Below the pieces are notes generated by a model that was given only the letters and a program-made list of their open reading frames with translations, was not told the origin of the DNA and did no database searches. Source: Lachnospiraceae bacterium UBA3332 (lineage in GTDB: Bacteria > Bacillota > Clostridia > Lachnospirales > Lachnospiraceae). From it: a DNA stretch of 36,286 nucleotides. Positions 28,104 through 36,286 of this stretch are shown here, one piece after another. The position numbers were made by a program, and so were the translations under genes. Where the stretch lies: NCBI GenBank assembly GCA_002361095.1, contig DERU01000094.1:1-36286 (forward strand), read 5' to 3'. Every line of letters starts with the position of its first letter. Positions within the stretch are counted from its first letter, which is position 1.

Positions 28104-28106
28104 GGG

Positions 28107-29567
28107 CTAAAAAGAGAAATACAAATATTCCCCCACCCCCGTCATGGACAGGACAGACCACACAAAGAGAAAAGCCATTGCGAACGTATAGCCCCGCCCC
28201 AAAACGGCATTTTCCACAAGCACTGCCGCACGCTTTTGCGCCAGCACCACGATACAGACCGCAAAAACCAAAAGCAGCAGCAAAAGGTAAAACACCGGCA
28301 ATGCGGACGGCGCCGCCATGGAAATCCCTTTTGTAAAAATATACAGTTCGGAGACGTCCAACGCTTCCCCCATTTGAAACAAAAACCCGTTCCATTTGGG
28401 CGTAAACATTGCCCGCAACACCAAAAATCCCTCCCCGATCGTTTCGGCCCGGAAAAATACGAAAGCCAGGCATACATAAAAAAACGTAACCGCCTGCCGC
28501 ATCCGCTTTTTAGGCAGCGTAAAAATCCCCAGACTGTCCCATGCCACCCCGATCCCGTGGAGGAATCCCCAAAATACAAACGTCCAATTTGCCCCATGCC
28601 ACAGGCCGGAAAGCAAAAAGACCAAAAGGGTGTTTACGATTGTGCGCAGTTTCCCCTTCCTGCTGCCCCCCAGGGGAATGTAGACATACTTTGTAAAAAA
28701 ACGGCCCAGCGTGATATGCCAGCGTCTCCAGAATTCCTTGACGGATGCGGACCAAAACGGAGAATCAAAATTTTCAACGATTTCAATACCGATCATTTTT
28801 CCCAATCCCACCGCCATGTCGCAGTATCCGCTGAAATCAAAATACAGTTCAAAAAGATATCCCACTGCCAGCAGAACCGCAGAAGGACAATCCAGCAAGG
28901 CAATATGGTCATACCCAAAGTTCACCGCCTTCGCAAGCGTGTCGGCAAGCAGTACCTTTTTGGCCAGCCCGATGGTAAAATGCTGCATCCCCGCCGCAAA
29001 TCTTTCGGTATTCCACCGGCGGTTTTGCTCTTTTCCAAAGGCGGGAACCAACTCCCCGTACCGAAGGATCGGCCCCTGCAAAAGCTGGGGAAAGTACACC
29101 ATAAAGGTAAGATAATCCCCAAAAGAACATACCGGGGCTTCCCCTTTTGCACAGTCAATGAGATATCCCAGCTGCTGGAACGTATAAAAACTGATGCCCA
29201 CCGGAAGAAACAGGGAAAGCAGCGGATATCCGCTTCCCAGCACCGCATTGATATTCTCCACAAAAAAATTGCGGTACTTAAAATATCCCAGCATTCCCAA
29301 ATGGAACAGACAGCCGAGCGCCAAAACCGCTTTTCCCCACTTTCCGGCTCCCGCTTTCCGAAAAGGCAGGCAAAGCAAATACCCGGCCAGGCAGCTTCCA
29401 AGCAGCGCCCACAAATAGACCGGGTTCAAATACGCATAAAACCACAGGGACATCCCAACCAGATATCCCTGCGCCAGTTTATATTTTTTACAGTGGTTTA
29501 AGCCAAACCATCCTGCCAGCAAAAGCGGCAGAAACACAAACAAAAACAGATGGGAATTGAATAACAT
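28107..29567 (-). CDS. MBOAT O-acyltransferase (AlgI/PatA/DltB family)
   Basis: MLFNS, LPVGISFYTFQ, FDFSGYCDMA, FWRRWHITL, SGLWHGA catalytic His. Confidence 0.92.
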   Translation of the reverse strand: MLFNSHLFLFVFLPLLLAGWFGLNHCKKYKLAQGYLVGMSLWFYAYLNPVYLWALLGSCLAGYLLCLPFRKAGAGKWGKAVLALGCLFHLGMLGYFKYRNFFVENINAVLGSGYPLLSLFLPVGISFYTFQQLGYLIDCAKGEAPVCSFGDYLTFMVYFPQLLQGPILRYGELVPAFGKEQNRRWNTERFAAGMQHFTIGLAKKVLLADTLAKAVNFGYDHIALLDCPSAVLLAVGYLFELYFDFSGYCDMAVGLGKMIGIEIVENFDSPFWSASVKEFWRRWHITLGRFFTKYVYIPLGGSRKGKLRTIVNTLLVFLLSGLWHGANWTFVFWGFLHGIGVAWDSLGIFTLPKKRMRQAVTFFYVCLAFVFFRAETIGEGFLVLRAMFTPKWNGFLFQMGEALDVSELYIFTKGISMAAPSALPVFYLLLLLLVFAVCIVVLAQKRAAVLVENAVLGRGYTFAMAFLFVWSVLSMTGVGEYLYFSF

Positions 29568-29580
29568 CTTCCGTTCCTTC

Positions 29581-30783
29581 TCAATCTATGCTGGGGCCCC
29601 GTACCACACCGGCCTCCGGATATTTTGTGTATAACAGCTTTAAGAAAATCGGAGTAGCAATGGAAGAAACCATGATCAGTAAAATAACCGCCGTAAAATA
29701 TACCGGCTCCATCAGCCCTACGGATAACCCTTTCTGCGAAACAATCAGGGCAACCTCTCCCCGCGTCATCATGCCTACGCCGATCTTTAAAGAATCCGGC
29801 CAGGAAAACCGGCATCCCTTGGCGATCAGGCCGCAGCCGATCACTTTCGCCAAAAGGCCGACCGCCACAAAGGCAACGGCAAAAAGAAGAATCGACATGT
29901 TCATGCTGCTGATATCTGTTTTTAAACCGATACTGGCAAAAAAAAGCGGCCCAAACAGCATATACGAATTGATATCCATTTTTCTGGCAATATAATTGGA
30001 ATCCTGAATGGAGCAAAGCACCAGTCCCGCCACATATGCCCCGGTAATATCCGCGATGCCAAAATACTGCTCCGCCACATACGCCATAACAAAGCAAAAC
30101 GCAAGACTGATAATCGGTATCCGCCTTGTATGGGGATATTTTTTATCCATTATTTTAAAGATATGGTAAAAAATCACTCCGACGCCGATGGCAAACACAA
30201 AAAACAGCACCGTATTCATCACTACCTGCACAGGCGCAGATTCCGGGCTTTTAAACCCGATCACGAACGTCAGCACAATGATGCCGATAACATCATCGAT
30301 AATGGCCGCGCTCATAATTGTCGTTCCGACCTTCCCTTTGAGTTTTCCCAGTTCCTTAAGCGTTTCTACCGTGATGCTGACGGAAGTTGCCGTCAGGATG
30401 GTGCCGATGAAAACCGCTTTATAAAACCGTTCGTCCCCCCAAGGGGCAAACCCGTAAAACATCATGTAAAGAAACGTTCCGCAGATCAACGGTACAAATA
30501 CGCCGCACAGGGCGATCAGACAGGCGATCGGCCCGGTTTTGATCAGTTCCTTTAAGTCCGTCTCCAGTCCCGCCGAAAACATCAGAATAATTACGCCGAT
30601 TTCAGCCATCTGGATGATAAAATCGGACTGCTGTACAAACCCGAACACGCTGGGACCGATCAGAAGCCCCGCGATAATCTCCCCCACCACCTGCGGCGCT
30701 TTACATCTCCGCGCCAGGATACCGAAAAATTTTGCCGCAATCAAAATAATCGCCAAGTCTTTTAGCATTGAATAGGATTCCAT
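29581..30783 (-). CDS. Cation:proton antiporter (CPA2, NapA/GerN-like)
   Basis: PQVVGEIIAG, GLETD, ATSVSI, AAIIDD, GMMTRGEV. Confidence 0.9.
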   Translation of the reverse strand: MESYSMLKDLAIILIAAKFFGILARRCKAPQVVGEIIAGLLIGPSVFGFVQQSDFIIQMAEIGVIILMFSAGLETDLKELIKTGPIACLIALCGVFVPLICGTFLYMMFYGFAPWGDERFYKAVFIGTILTATSVSITVETLKELGKLKGKVGTTIMSAAIIDDVIGIIVLTFVIGFKSPESAPVQVVMNTVLFFVFAIGVGVIFYHIFKIMDKKYPHTRRIPIISLAFCFVMAYVAEQYFGIADITGAYVAGLVLCSIQDSNYIARKMDINSYMLFGPLFFASIGLKTDISSMNMSILLFAVAFVAVGLLAKVIGCGLIAKGCRFSWPDSLKIGVGMMTRGEVALIVSQKGLSVGLMEPVYFTAVILLIMVSSIATPIFLKLLYTKYPEAGVVRGPSID

Positions 30784-30857
30784 TTTTGCAACCTCTTTTC
30801 CGTACAAAACCGGAGACGCTGGCGCATCCCCGGTAATTTTGCTTTTTAGGCATACCG

Positions 30858-31823
30858 TCAACGGGCATTCTCAATAAATGCTTCCACTTCCCCGGCCGTC
30901 GGCATCACGCGCAGGGCGCCTTTTTTCGTGGTGATGATGGAAGCCGCCGCATTCGCAAAAGTCAGCATCCTGCGCAGTTTATCCTCATCCAGCTGTTCCA
31001 GCCCGTACCCAAGCACATGATGCAGACAGCATCCCCCGAAAGTATCCCCGGCCCCGGTGGTTTCGATGGTCGCCTCCTGAATAAACGGCTTGACTTCCAC
31101 GCGCAGATCTTTATAATACGCCCGGCTTCCGTCCCTTCCCATGGACAGCAGAACCAGGGGAATCTCATATTGGCTCCTAAGCTTCGCAATCCCGGCGTCA
31201 TAATCCTCCTCCCCGGTAAACCATTGGATCTCGTTGTCCGAAATCTTGAGCACATCGCATTGGGACAAACCATAAGCCACCTGCTCCTTGGCGTCCTCCA
31301 GCGACTTCCAAAGCGGAGGGCGAAGATTGGGATCAAAAGAAATCACACTGCCGCTTTTTTTGGCAATGGCAATAGCCTTCTTCGTCGCCCTACGCACTTC
31401 ATCATGGGTCATGGAGAGCGTCCCAAAATGGAAAATATTCGTATCCCGAAGCAGTTCTTCATGCAAATCCTGTTCCCGCAGCATCATGTCCGCGCCGGGG
31501 TTACGGTAAAATGAGAAATCCCTGTCCCCATCCGGAAAGGTTTCCACAAACGCGAGTGTCGTGCGCGCCTCCTCATCCATGATCAGGTTGGAGGTATCAA
31601 TGCCTACCTCTTCCAGCGTCGCCTTAAGTTTGTTCCCGAAAATATCCTGCCCCACCTTGCCGACAAAAGCGGTTTTCCGTCCCAGTTTATTGAGCATGGC
31701 CAGCACATTGCACGGCGCGCCGCCCGGATTTGCCTCATATACCGTATTCCCCTGTCCGCTCACACCGTTTTCCGTGAAGTCAATCAACAGTTCGCCCAAT
31801 GCAACTACATCAAATGTTTTCAT
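30858..31823 (-). CDS. PfkB carbohydrate kinase (fructokinase-like)
   Basis: GELLIDF, PGGAPCNV, FDPNLR, TTGAGDTF. Confidence 0.9.
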   Translation of the reverse strand: MKTFDVVALGELLIDFTENGVSGQGNTVYEANPGGAPCNVLAMLNKLGRKTAFVGKVGQDIFGNKLKATLEEVGIDTSNLIMDEEARTTLAFVETFPDGDRDFSFYRNPGADMMLREQDLHEELLRDTNIFHFGTLSMTHDEVRRATKKAIAIAKKSGSVISFDPNLRPPLWKSLEDAKEQVAYGLSQCDVLKISDNEIQWFTGEEDYDAGIAKLRSQYEIPLVLLSMGRDGSRAYYKDLRVEVKPFIQEATIETTGAGDTFGGCCLHHVLGYGLEQLDEDKLRRMLTFANAAASIITTKKGALRVMPTAGEVEAFIENAR

Positions 31824-31972
31824 CCCACACGCCTCCCTTTTTGCCTGAACTGTAACGATTGTACCACATTTGCCGGATAATAGAAAGTGCTAAAAAAAGA
31901 AACTTGTCCCCACCGCCGCGTTATGATATGGTAATGGTAATGTACCGTGCGCCACAGGAGGAGAAACTGCCC

Positions 31973-32863
31973 ATGAAAACCCGCTACACCGATATGGACA
32001 TCCATTTTTCCATGGACGGTGTTTCCGTCTATGTCCTGAACATCATTTTTGAACGTTTCACAAGGGTCATTCCCCTCCACAGCCACGGAAACGGCTGCTA
32101 CGAAGTACATTATATTTCCTGCGGGTACGGAAAGCTGACACTGCCGGACAAAGAATATGACCTCTGTCCCAATACCCTTTACGTGACCGGCCCCCACGTG
32201 GAACACGCCCAGGCCCCGGTCCTCCCCGATCCCATGCAGGAATATTGTATTTACTTTAAAGTCCGCACCTCTTCCCGCTCCCAAAAGCATTCGCCCGTCA
32301 TGGATGCTTTCTGTTCCACCTCCTTCTGGCTGGGACAGGACACGCAGGGCGTCCGCTTTTTGCTGACAAAGCTTTTCGAGGAACTCTCCCACCGCTATAC
32401 CGGATACCAAAACCAGACCCGGCTTTTGTTGTCCCAGTTCCTCATTTCCATTGTGCGCAATTACGAACGGGAACAAAATGCGACCTATCCTTTTGCCCCC
32501 AGCAACCTCTACGATAGTAAATCCATCATCATAGAAGAATATTTTCTCTACGAATACTCAGATTCCTCCCTGGAAGGCCTCGCCCAGCGGCTGCGTTTGA
32601 GCACCCGCCAAACCCAGCGGCTTCTGCAGGAATATTACGGAAAAACATTCCAGCAAAAAAAAGCGGAAGCACGTATGTCCGCCGCCTCCGTCCTTCTTAC
32701 CCAAAAAGGGAGGAGCATCGCTTCCGTTGCGGAACAGCTGGGCTATTCCTCCGCCGAACACTTCTCCTTTGCCTTCAAAAAATATTATCATGTCAGCCCT
32801 GCCCGTTACCGGGCCGACAAAGGAACCGAAAAGAACCGAAAGGATTCACCGTTTTTTAAATAA
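31973..32863 (+). CDS. AraC-family regulator with cupin domain, divergent from the PfkB operon
   Basis: HSH...YEVHY cupin; C-terminal VAEQLGYSSAEHFSFAFKKYYHVSPARYR; AGGAGG RBS. Confidence 0.9.
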   Translation: MKTRYTDMDIHFSMDGVSVYVLNIIFERFTRVIPLHSHGNGCYEVHYISCGYGKLTLPDKEYDLCPNTLYVTGPHVEHAQAPVLPDPMQEYCIYFKVRTSSRSQKHSPVMDAFCSTSFWLGQDTQGVRFLLTKLFEELSHRYTGYQNQTRLLLSQFLISIVRNYEREQNATYPFAPSNLYDSKSIIIEEYFLYEYSDSSLEGLAQRLRLSTRQTQRLLQEYYGKTFQQKKAEARMSAASVLLTQKGRSIASVAEQLGYSSAEHFSFAFKKYYHVSPARYRADKGTEKNRKDSPFFK

Positions 32864-32864
32864 T

Positions 32865-32892
32865 CCCAACACTTTATGCTCCTCAAACGTTT
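32865..32892 (+). promoter_or_regulatory. Candidate ECF-type autoregulatory promoter
   Basis: AAC (32868-32870), 17 bp, CGT (32888-32890), upstream of the ECF sigma gene. Confidence 0.45.
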
Positions 32893-32996
32893 TATATATG
32901 AAAAGCAGATGACACGCCGACGGACAAACGGTTGGAATGTGCCGGCCCAAAACGGTTTCTTCGTTCCTGTGCCGCGCACATGGTGAAGGGAGCCCC

Positions 32997-33458
32997 ATGA
33001 TTGAAGCATTATATCATTTATGCCAAAAGGAACTGACGGACTGGTGCCAATACATGACCTGTGATCGCACACAGGCGGAGGATTTGGTGCAGGAAGCATT
33101 TCTGCGCGCCCTGCTGCATGCAGATTTACTCCATACCCTTAATGAAAGCCAACGGCGGGCATGGATGTACCGCACCGTCAAAAACCTGTATGTGGATAAA
33201 ATCCGTCATAGTTTCCGGGAAACGGTCACAGACCGGATGCCGGAAACTGCGGCGGATACGGCAGGATTTTCCGAAACCGACATTGCCATGCTCCTGTCCG
33301 TCCTGCCCGACGAAGAACGCATGCTGTTTGTCATGCGTTATCTGCAGGGCTACAATGCGACGGAACTGGGAAAAATTTTCTGCCAGCCGCCCGGAACCAT
33401 CCGTTTCAAGCTGTCATCCGCCAGAAAACATTTACGGGAAGCCATGAAAGGAGAATAA
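32997..33458 (+). CDS. ECF RNA polymerase sigma factor
   Basis: Region 2 AEDLVQEAFL...WMYRTVKN; region 4 LPDEER...GTIRFKLSSARKHL. Confidence 0.9.
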   Translation: MIEALYHLCQKELTDWCQYMTCDRTQAEDLVQEAFLRALLHADLLHTLNESQRRAWMYRTVKNLYVDKIRHSFRETVTDRMPETAADTAGFSETDIAMLLSVLPDEERMLFVMRYLQGYNATELGKIFCQPPGTIRFKLSSARKHLREAMKGE

Positions 33459-33460
33459 CT

Positions 33461-34687
33461 ATGTTTGAAAAGAAAAATTTTGTGTTAAACTGTGACGTGT
33501 GCGACGCAAGAAAAATCAGGGAGGAGGATTGGACTGCCTATGAAAAAATCATCCTCAATGCGGATCTGCTTCTGGTGGACGAACGCAGCAAATCCATCCT
33601 GAACCAACTGCCCATTATTTCCAACATTGATAAAACCATGGAAATCGACGGGGACATCCATCTGATCTCCCAGAACGGAAATTACGAAATTACCGGAAGT
33701 ACTCCTGTGGTTCCCAATACCGTCATCTGTATCAACGGCAATCTCTCCATTGCGCCCGGCACGGAAGAAGTCTTAAAAAGTATTTACAGCATCCATGTCA
33801 ACGGCAATGTGATCTGTCCGGACAGCTTAAATCCCTATTTGGGTATGCTTTCCCTCAACGGAAGCATGGACTGCTACCCCGGCGACTATACCGTCATGCC
33901 GTCCCATTTCACCATTGACCGGTATTTCCCGCTGCGCGCCCGTCAAAACGGACGTTACTACGCAAAAGACACGGTTCTTTTAACCGACACGGAGGCGGAT
34001 ATCCAACCGCTCCTTGAAAAAAGCATCCGTTTTAAAACAAGCCGCTTTGTCGTGGCACAAAAACACTTGGAAGCCGCCGTTTCCATGTTTGACGAAAACG
34101 TGGCGCTTACGGTCGTTCCCTCCGGATTCGTCTTTGTTGACGGGGATGTGGAACTCACCGATTCCCTGCTTGCCAAATACGGCAAAAGCCTTTATATTTA
34201 CGGACATCTCACCCTGCCAAAAGACAGCCTGCCCCTGCTTTCCCAAATTGAAAAGCTGTATGTGGACGGCAACGTAAACCTGTATAAAGAGCAGCTGGAG
34301 GCTTTCCGGAAAATTCCGGCCCAGTATCAGGAACTGTGCGTAATTGCCGACACACAGTCTGACGCAAGGGTCATTGAAAACAAAATACGAACCAAAATAG
34401 ACTCCTCCATTCTGGACGCATCCCCCAACGGACTGATCTGCCGCAATTGCGCGAGTGTCAGCATCCAGGACACCGTAACCGTAGACCGGATTTTGGATAC
34501 GCTACAGCTGGAGAACTGTGCCAGCGTATATTGCAGTCCCGCACAGCGAAGCGCTGTGGAAACGGTTTCCCAAAACGTTGCCGTTATCCAGGACGGCGAG
34601 GATACGGAAGGCGCCCCTTCCCTCGTCGGTCTTTTCAATGATCTGCTGCACTCCCGCATTGTAAATTCGGATTCTTATATCCTGTAA
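33461..34687 (+). CDS. Hypothetical soluble repeat protein coupled to the ECF sigma
   Basis: 408 aa, 2 bp after the sigma stop with AAGGAG RBS; recurrent [IVL][ND]G[ND][VLI] motifs; no TM or signal seen. Confidence 0.8.
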   Translation: MFEKKNFVLNCDVCDARKIREEDWTAYEKIILNADLLLVDERSKSILNQLPIISNIDKTMEIDGDIHLISQNGNYEITGSTPVVPNTVICINGNLSIAPGTEEVLKSIYSIHVNGNVICPDSLNPYLGMLSLNGSMDCYPGDYTVMPSHFTIDRYFPLRARQNGRYYAKDTVLLTDTEADIQPLLEKSIRFKTSRFVVAQKHLEAAVSMFDENVALTVVPSGFVFVDGDVELTDSLLAKYGKSLYIYGHLTLPKDSLPLLSQIEKLYVDGNVNLYKEQLEAFRKIPAQYQELCVIADTQSDARVIENKIRTKIDSSILDASPNGLICRNCASVSIQDTVTVDRILDTLQLENCASVYCSPAQRSAVETVSQNVAVIQDGEDTEGAPSLVGLFNDLLHSRIVNSDSYIL

Positions 34688-34706
34688 CCAAAAAAGCTTA
34701 CGGTTA

Positions 34707-34744
34707 CCGCACAAAACCCTGCCTTTTGGCAGGGTTTTGTGCGG
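34707..34744. terminator. Perfect 17-bp hairpin between convergent genes
   Basis: CCGCACAAAACCCTGCC-TTTT-GGCAGGGTTTTGTGCGG. Confidence 0.75.
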
Positions 34745-34761
34745 GGCTATGCCATTGCGCT

Positions 34762-35658
34762 TTATAATAAAGAAAACAAATCCAACTGTCCGTCGGTATA
34801 GTTGCCCTTATAAGCATGTACAATATCTTTCATTCGGTATAAAATATGATATTTTTCACATTTTTCGGAAAAAGCAGTCCACAGTTTCCGGGCGTTTGGG
34901 CTGATACACCGGTATTGGCCCCCAAACGTCCTCCTGTACTGTTCCGGATAATCCTTATCCCCAAAAAGCGCTTTGAGTTTCTCAAAGTACCAGATCCGCT
35001 GGTTGGCCCGCAGCGTCATGCCAAACGCCGGATAAATAAAATCCGCCCCTGCGTTATGGGCCTCTTCCACCACACCCAGCACGTTTGCAAGGGAATCTTC
35101 CAAAAAGGGCAGCACAGGCATCAGTAAAATTCCCGCAAAAATCCCGTTTTTGTGCAATGCAGCAACCGCTTCCAGCCTTTTTTGGGGTGAGGGTGCCCCG
35201 GATTCTATTTTTCCGGCCAGCGCCTCGTCCGTTGTAGTCACCGTGATTTTACACAGGACAGGGGAATGTTCCCTGATTTGCCCCAATATGTCCACGTCCC
35301 GCGCAATCAGGTCGCTCTTGGTTGCTATCGCGGCCCCAAATCCGAAAGCATCCAAAAGTTCCAGCGCATGCCTTGTCAATTCCAGGTCCTTCTCAAACGG
35401 ATTGTACGGATCGCTCATGGATCCGGTCCCCACCACACCCTTTTTCACCTTACGGCGTAAATCGTCCCGGATAATGGGCAGCGCATTTTCTTTTGCCCGC
35501 ACGGTATCAAAACGGTCGATGCGATAACATTCACTGCGGCTGTCACAATAGATACAGCCATGGCAGCATCCCCGGTAAATATTCATATTATAATCGATGC
35601 CGAACCAGTCTGATGATTTCGTCTTTGTCACGATTGTTTTTGCCGGAACATATTCCAT
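34762..35658 (-). CDS. Radical SAM protein, SplB/spore-photoproduct-lyase-like family
   Basis: NIYRGCCHGCIYC (CxxxCxxC), SDPYNPFE, IATKS, MPVLPF; C-terminal QLDLF. Confidence 0.88.
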   Translation of the reverse strand: MEYVPAKTIVTKTKSSDWFGIDYNMNIYRGCCHGCIYCDSRSECYRIDRFDTVRAKENALPIIRDDLRRKVKKGVVGTGSMSDPYNPFEKDLELTRHALELLDAFGFGAAIATKSDLIARDVDILGQIREHSPVLCKITVTTTDEALAGKIESGAPSPQKRLEAVAALHKNGIFAGILLMPVLPFLEDSLANVLGVVEEAHNAGADFIYPAFGMTLRANQRIWYFEKLKALFGDKDYPEQYRRTFGGQYRCISPNARKLWTAFSEKCEKYHILYRMKDIVHAYKGNYTDGQLDLFSLL

Positions 35659-35685
35659 ACTTCCCCCTCTGTCCTGCCGCCTACT

Positions 35686-36132
35686 TCACCGCCTGAAATC
35701 CAACTTCATTTCGATTTCGCCGTTGTTAGTCTCCCCGGTTGGTTTAAATCCCATTTTCTCATACACGTGCTTCGCAACTTCATTTCCCGGCACATAATCA
35801 AGAATCATAAAATCATATTTCCCGCTCTCTTGCGCCATTCGGATGAGAAGCCGGACGGCCTCCGTGCCATAGCCCTTTTTCTCATACTGTGGCGGAAACA
35901 TAATCCTCCAAAGAACCAGACACCTTTCCTCCAAATCCTCATCCAACATCATAAACCCGACCGGCTGCTCATCATTATAAATGGCAAAAGGATACACATC
36001 CCCCGCATCCTTATACAGCCATGCCTGTGCGAGGGAATAAGCGTTGGATGCCACGAATTTCTCGTCATCCGGTCTTTTCATTTGCATAATTTCCGCAAAA
36101 TTTTCTTCCGTTATTTTCCTGAATCGAATCAT
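35686..36132 (-). CDS. GNAT acetyltransferase (polyamine acetyltransferase BltD-like)
   Basis: FVASNAYSLAQA, YEKKGYG, NEVAKHVYEKMGF; GGAGG before ATG 36132. Confidence 0.85.
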   Translation of the reverse strand: MIRFRKITEENFAEIMQMKRPDDEKFVASNAYSLAQAWLYKDAGDVYPFAIYNDEQPVGFMMLDEDLEERCLVLWRIMFPPQYEKKGYGTEAVRLLIRMAQESGKYDFMILDYVPGNEVAKHVYEKMGFKPTGETNNGEIEMKLDFRR

Positions 36133-36286
36133 GTAAACCTCCCTGCCCGCTTTGGCAACCATCCCAATCAACACTTATTCCGTTTTTCAGCGTAACACAG
36201 AAATGCGGATTGTGCAAGCCGCCCGCATGCGCCGACACGGAAATCAATTCAGCCCCAATGGCATCAGTTTAAGGCGGGAGGCAGGC

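Noticed and set aside
28236-29501. 421-aa plus-strand ORF
   Set aside because: Antisense shadow of the MBOAT gene; its K/Q/H-rich composition is typical of the reverse strand of a membrane protein gene.
30858-31823. KdgK completing the uxaAB pathway
   Set aside because: GGAPCNV and FSFYR motifs look fructokinase-like, and the gene is 26 kb from uxaAB. Substrate left unassigned.
36230-36286. Possible riboswitch or gene end at the right edge (minus strand CGCCTTAAACTG...)
   Set aside because: Cut by the window boundary and does not complete a fluoride-riboswitch pattern.
1-36286. CRISPR array, IS/transposase, prophage or defence genes
   Set aside because: No regularly spaced repeats or diagnostic protein motifs were found by eye.

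Overview
Chromosomal segment of a Bacillota (Firmicutes) anaerobe. The T-box-controlled proS, the perR/reverse-rubrerythrin pair, ytvI and sigmaA-type promoters suggest Clostridia/Lachnospiraceae (inference). It is mostly housekeeping and metabolic: tRNA-Ser(CGA), yhhN-like gene, uxaA-uxaB with a perfect LacI/cre operator, an S1-protein/small alarmone synthetase/AI-2E/esterase cluster, a GH109 glycosidase, two OmpR-type two-component systems (one linked to an FtsX/MacB-type ABC transporter), proS-ackA, rluA-like, GNATs, perR-rbr, MBOAT, Na+/H+ antiporter, PfkB kinase/AraC, an ECF sigma with an unknown partner, and a radical SAM protein. I see no CRISPR array, integrase, transposase, phage or recognisable defence system. 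There are two truncation scars (a MATE 5' fragment and a response-regulator 5' fragment) and an AT-rich XRE-TM/lipoprotein cassette. The best candidates for undescribed biology are: a tandem, covarying terminator-like RNA element in the MATE leader (11536-11666); the ECF sigma with a soluble beta-solenoid-like partner; the membrane XRE + lipoprotein pair; and a radical SAM protein ending in a beta-clamp motif. All are hypotheses from reading the sequence; no database search was run.
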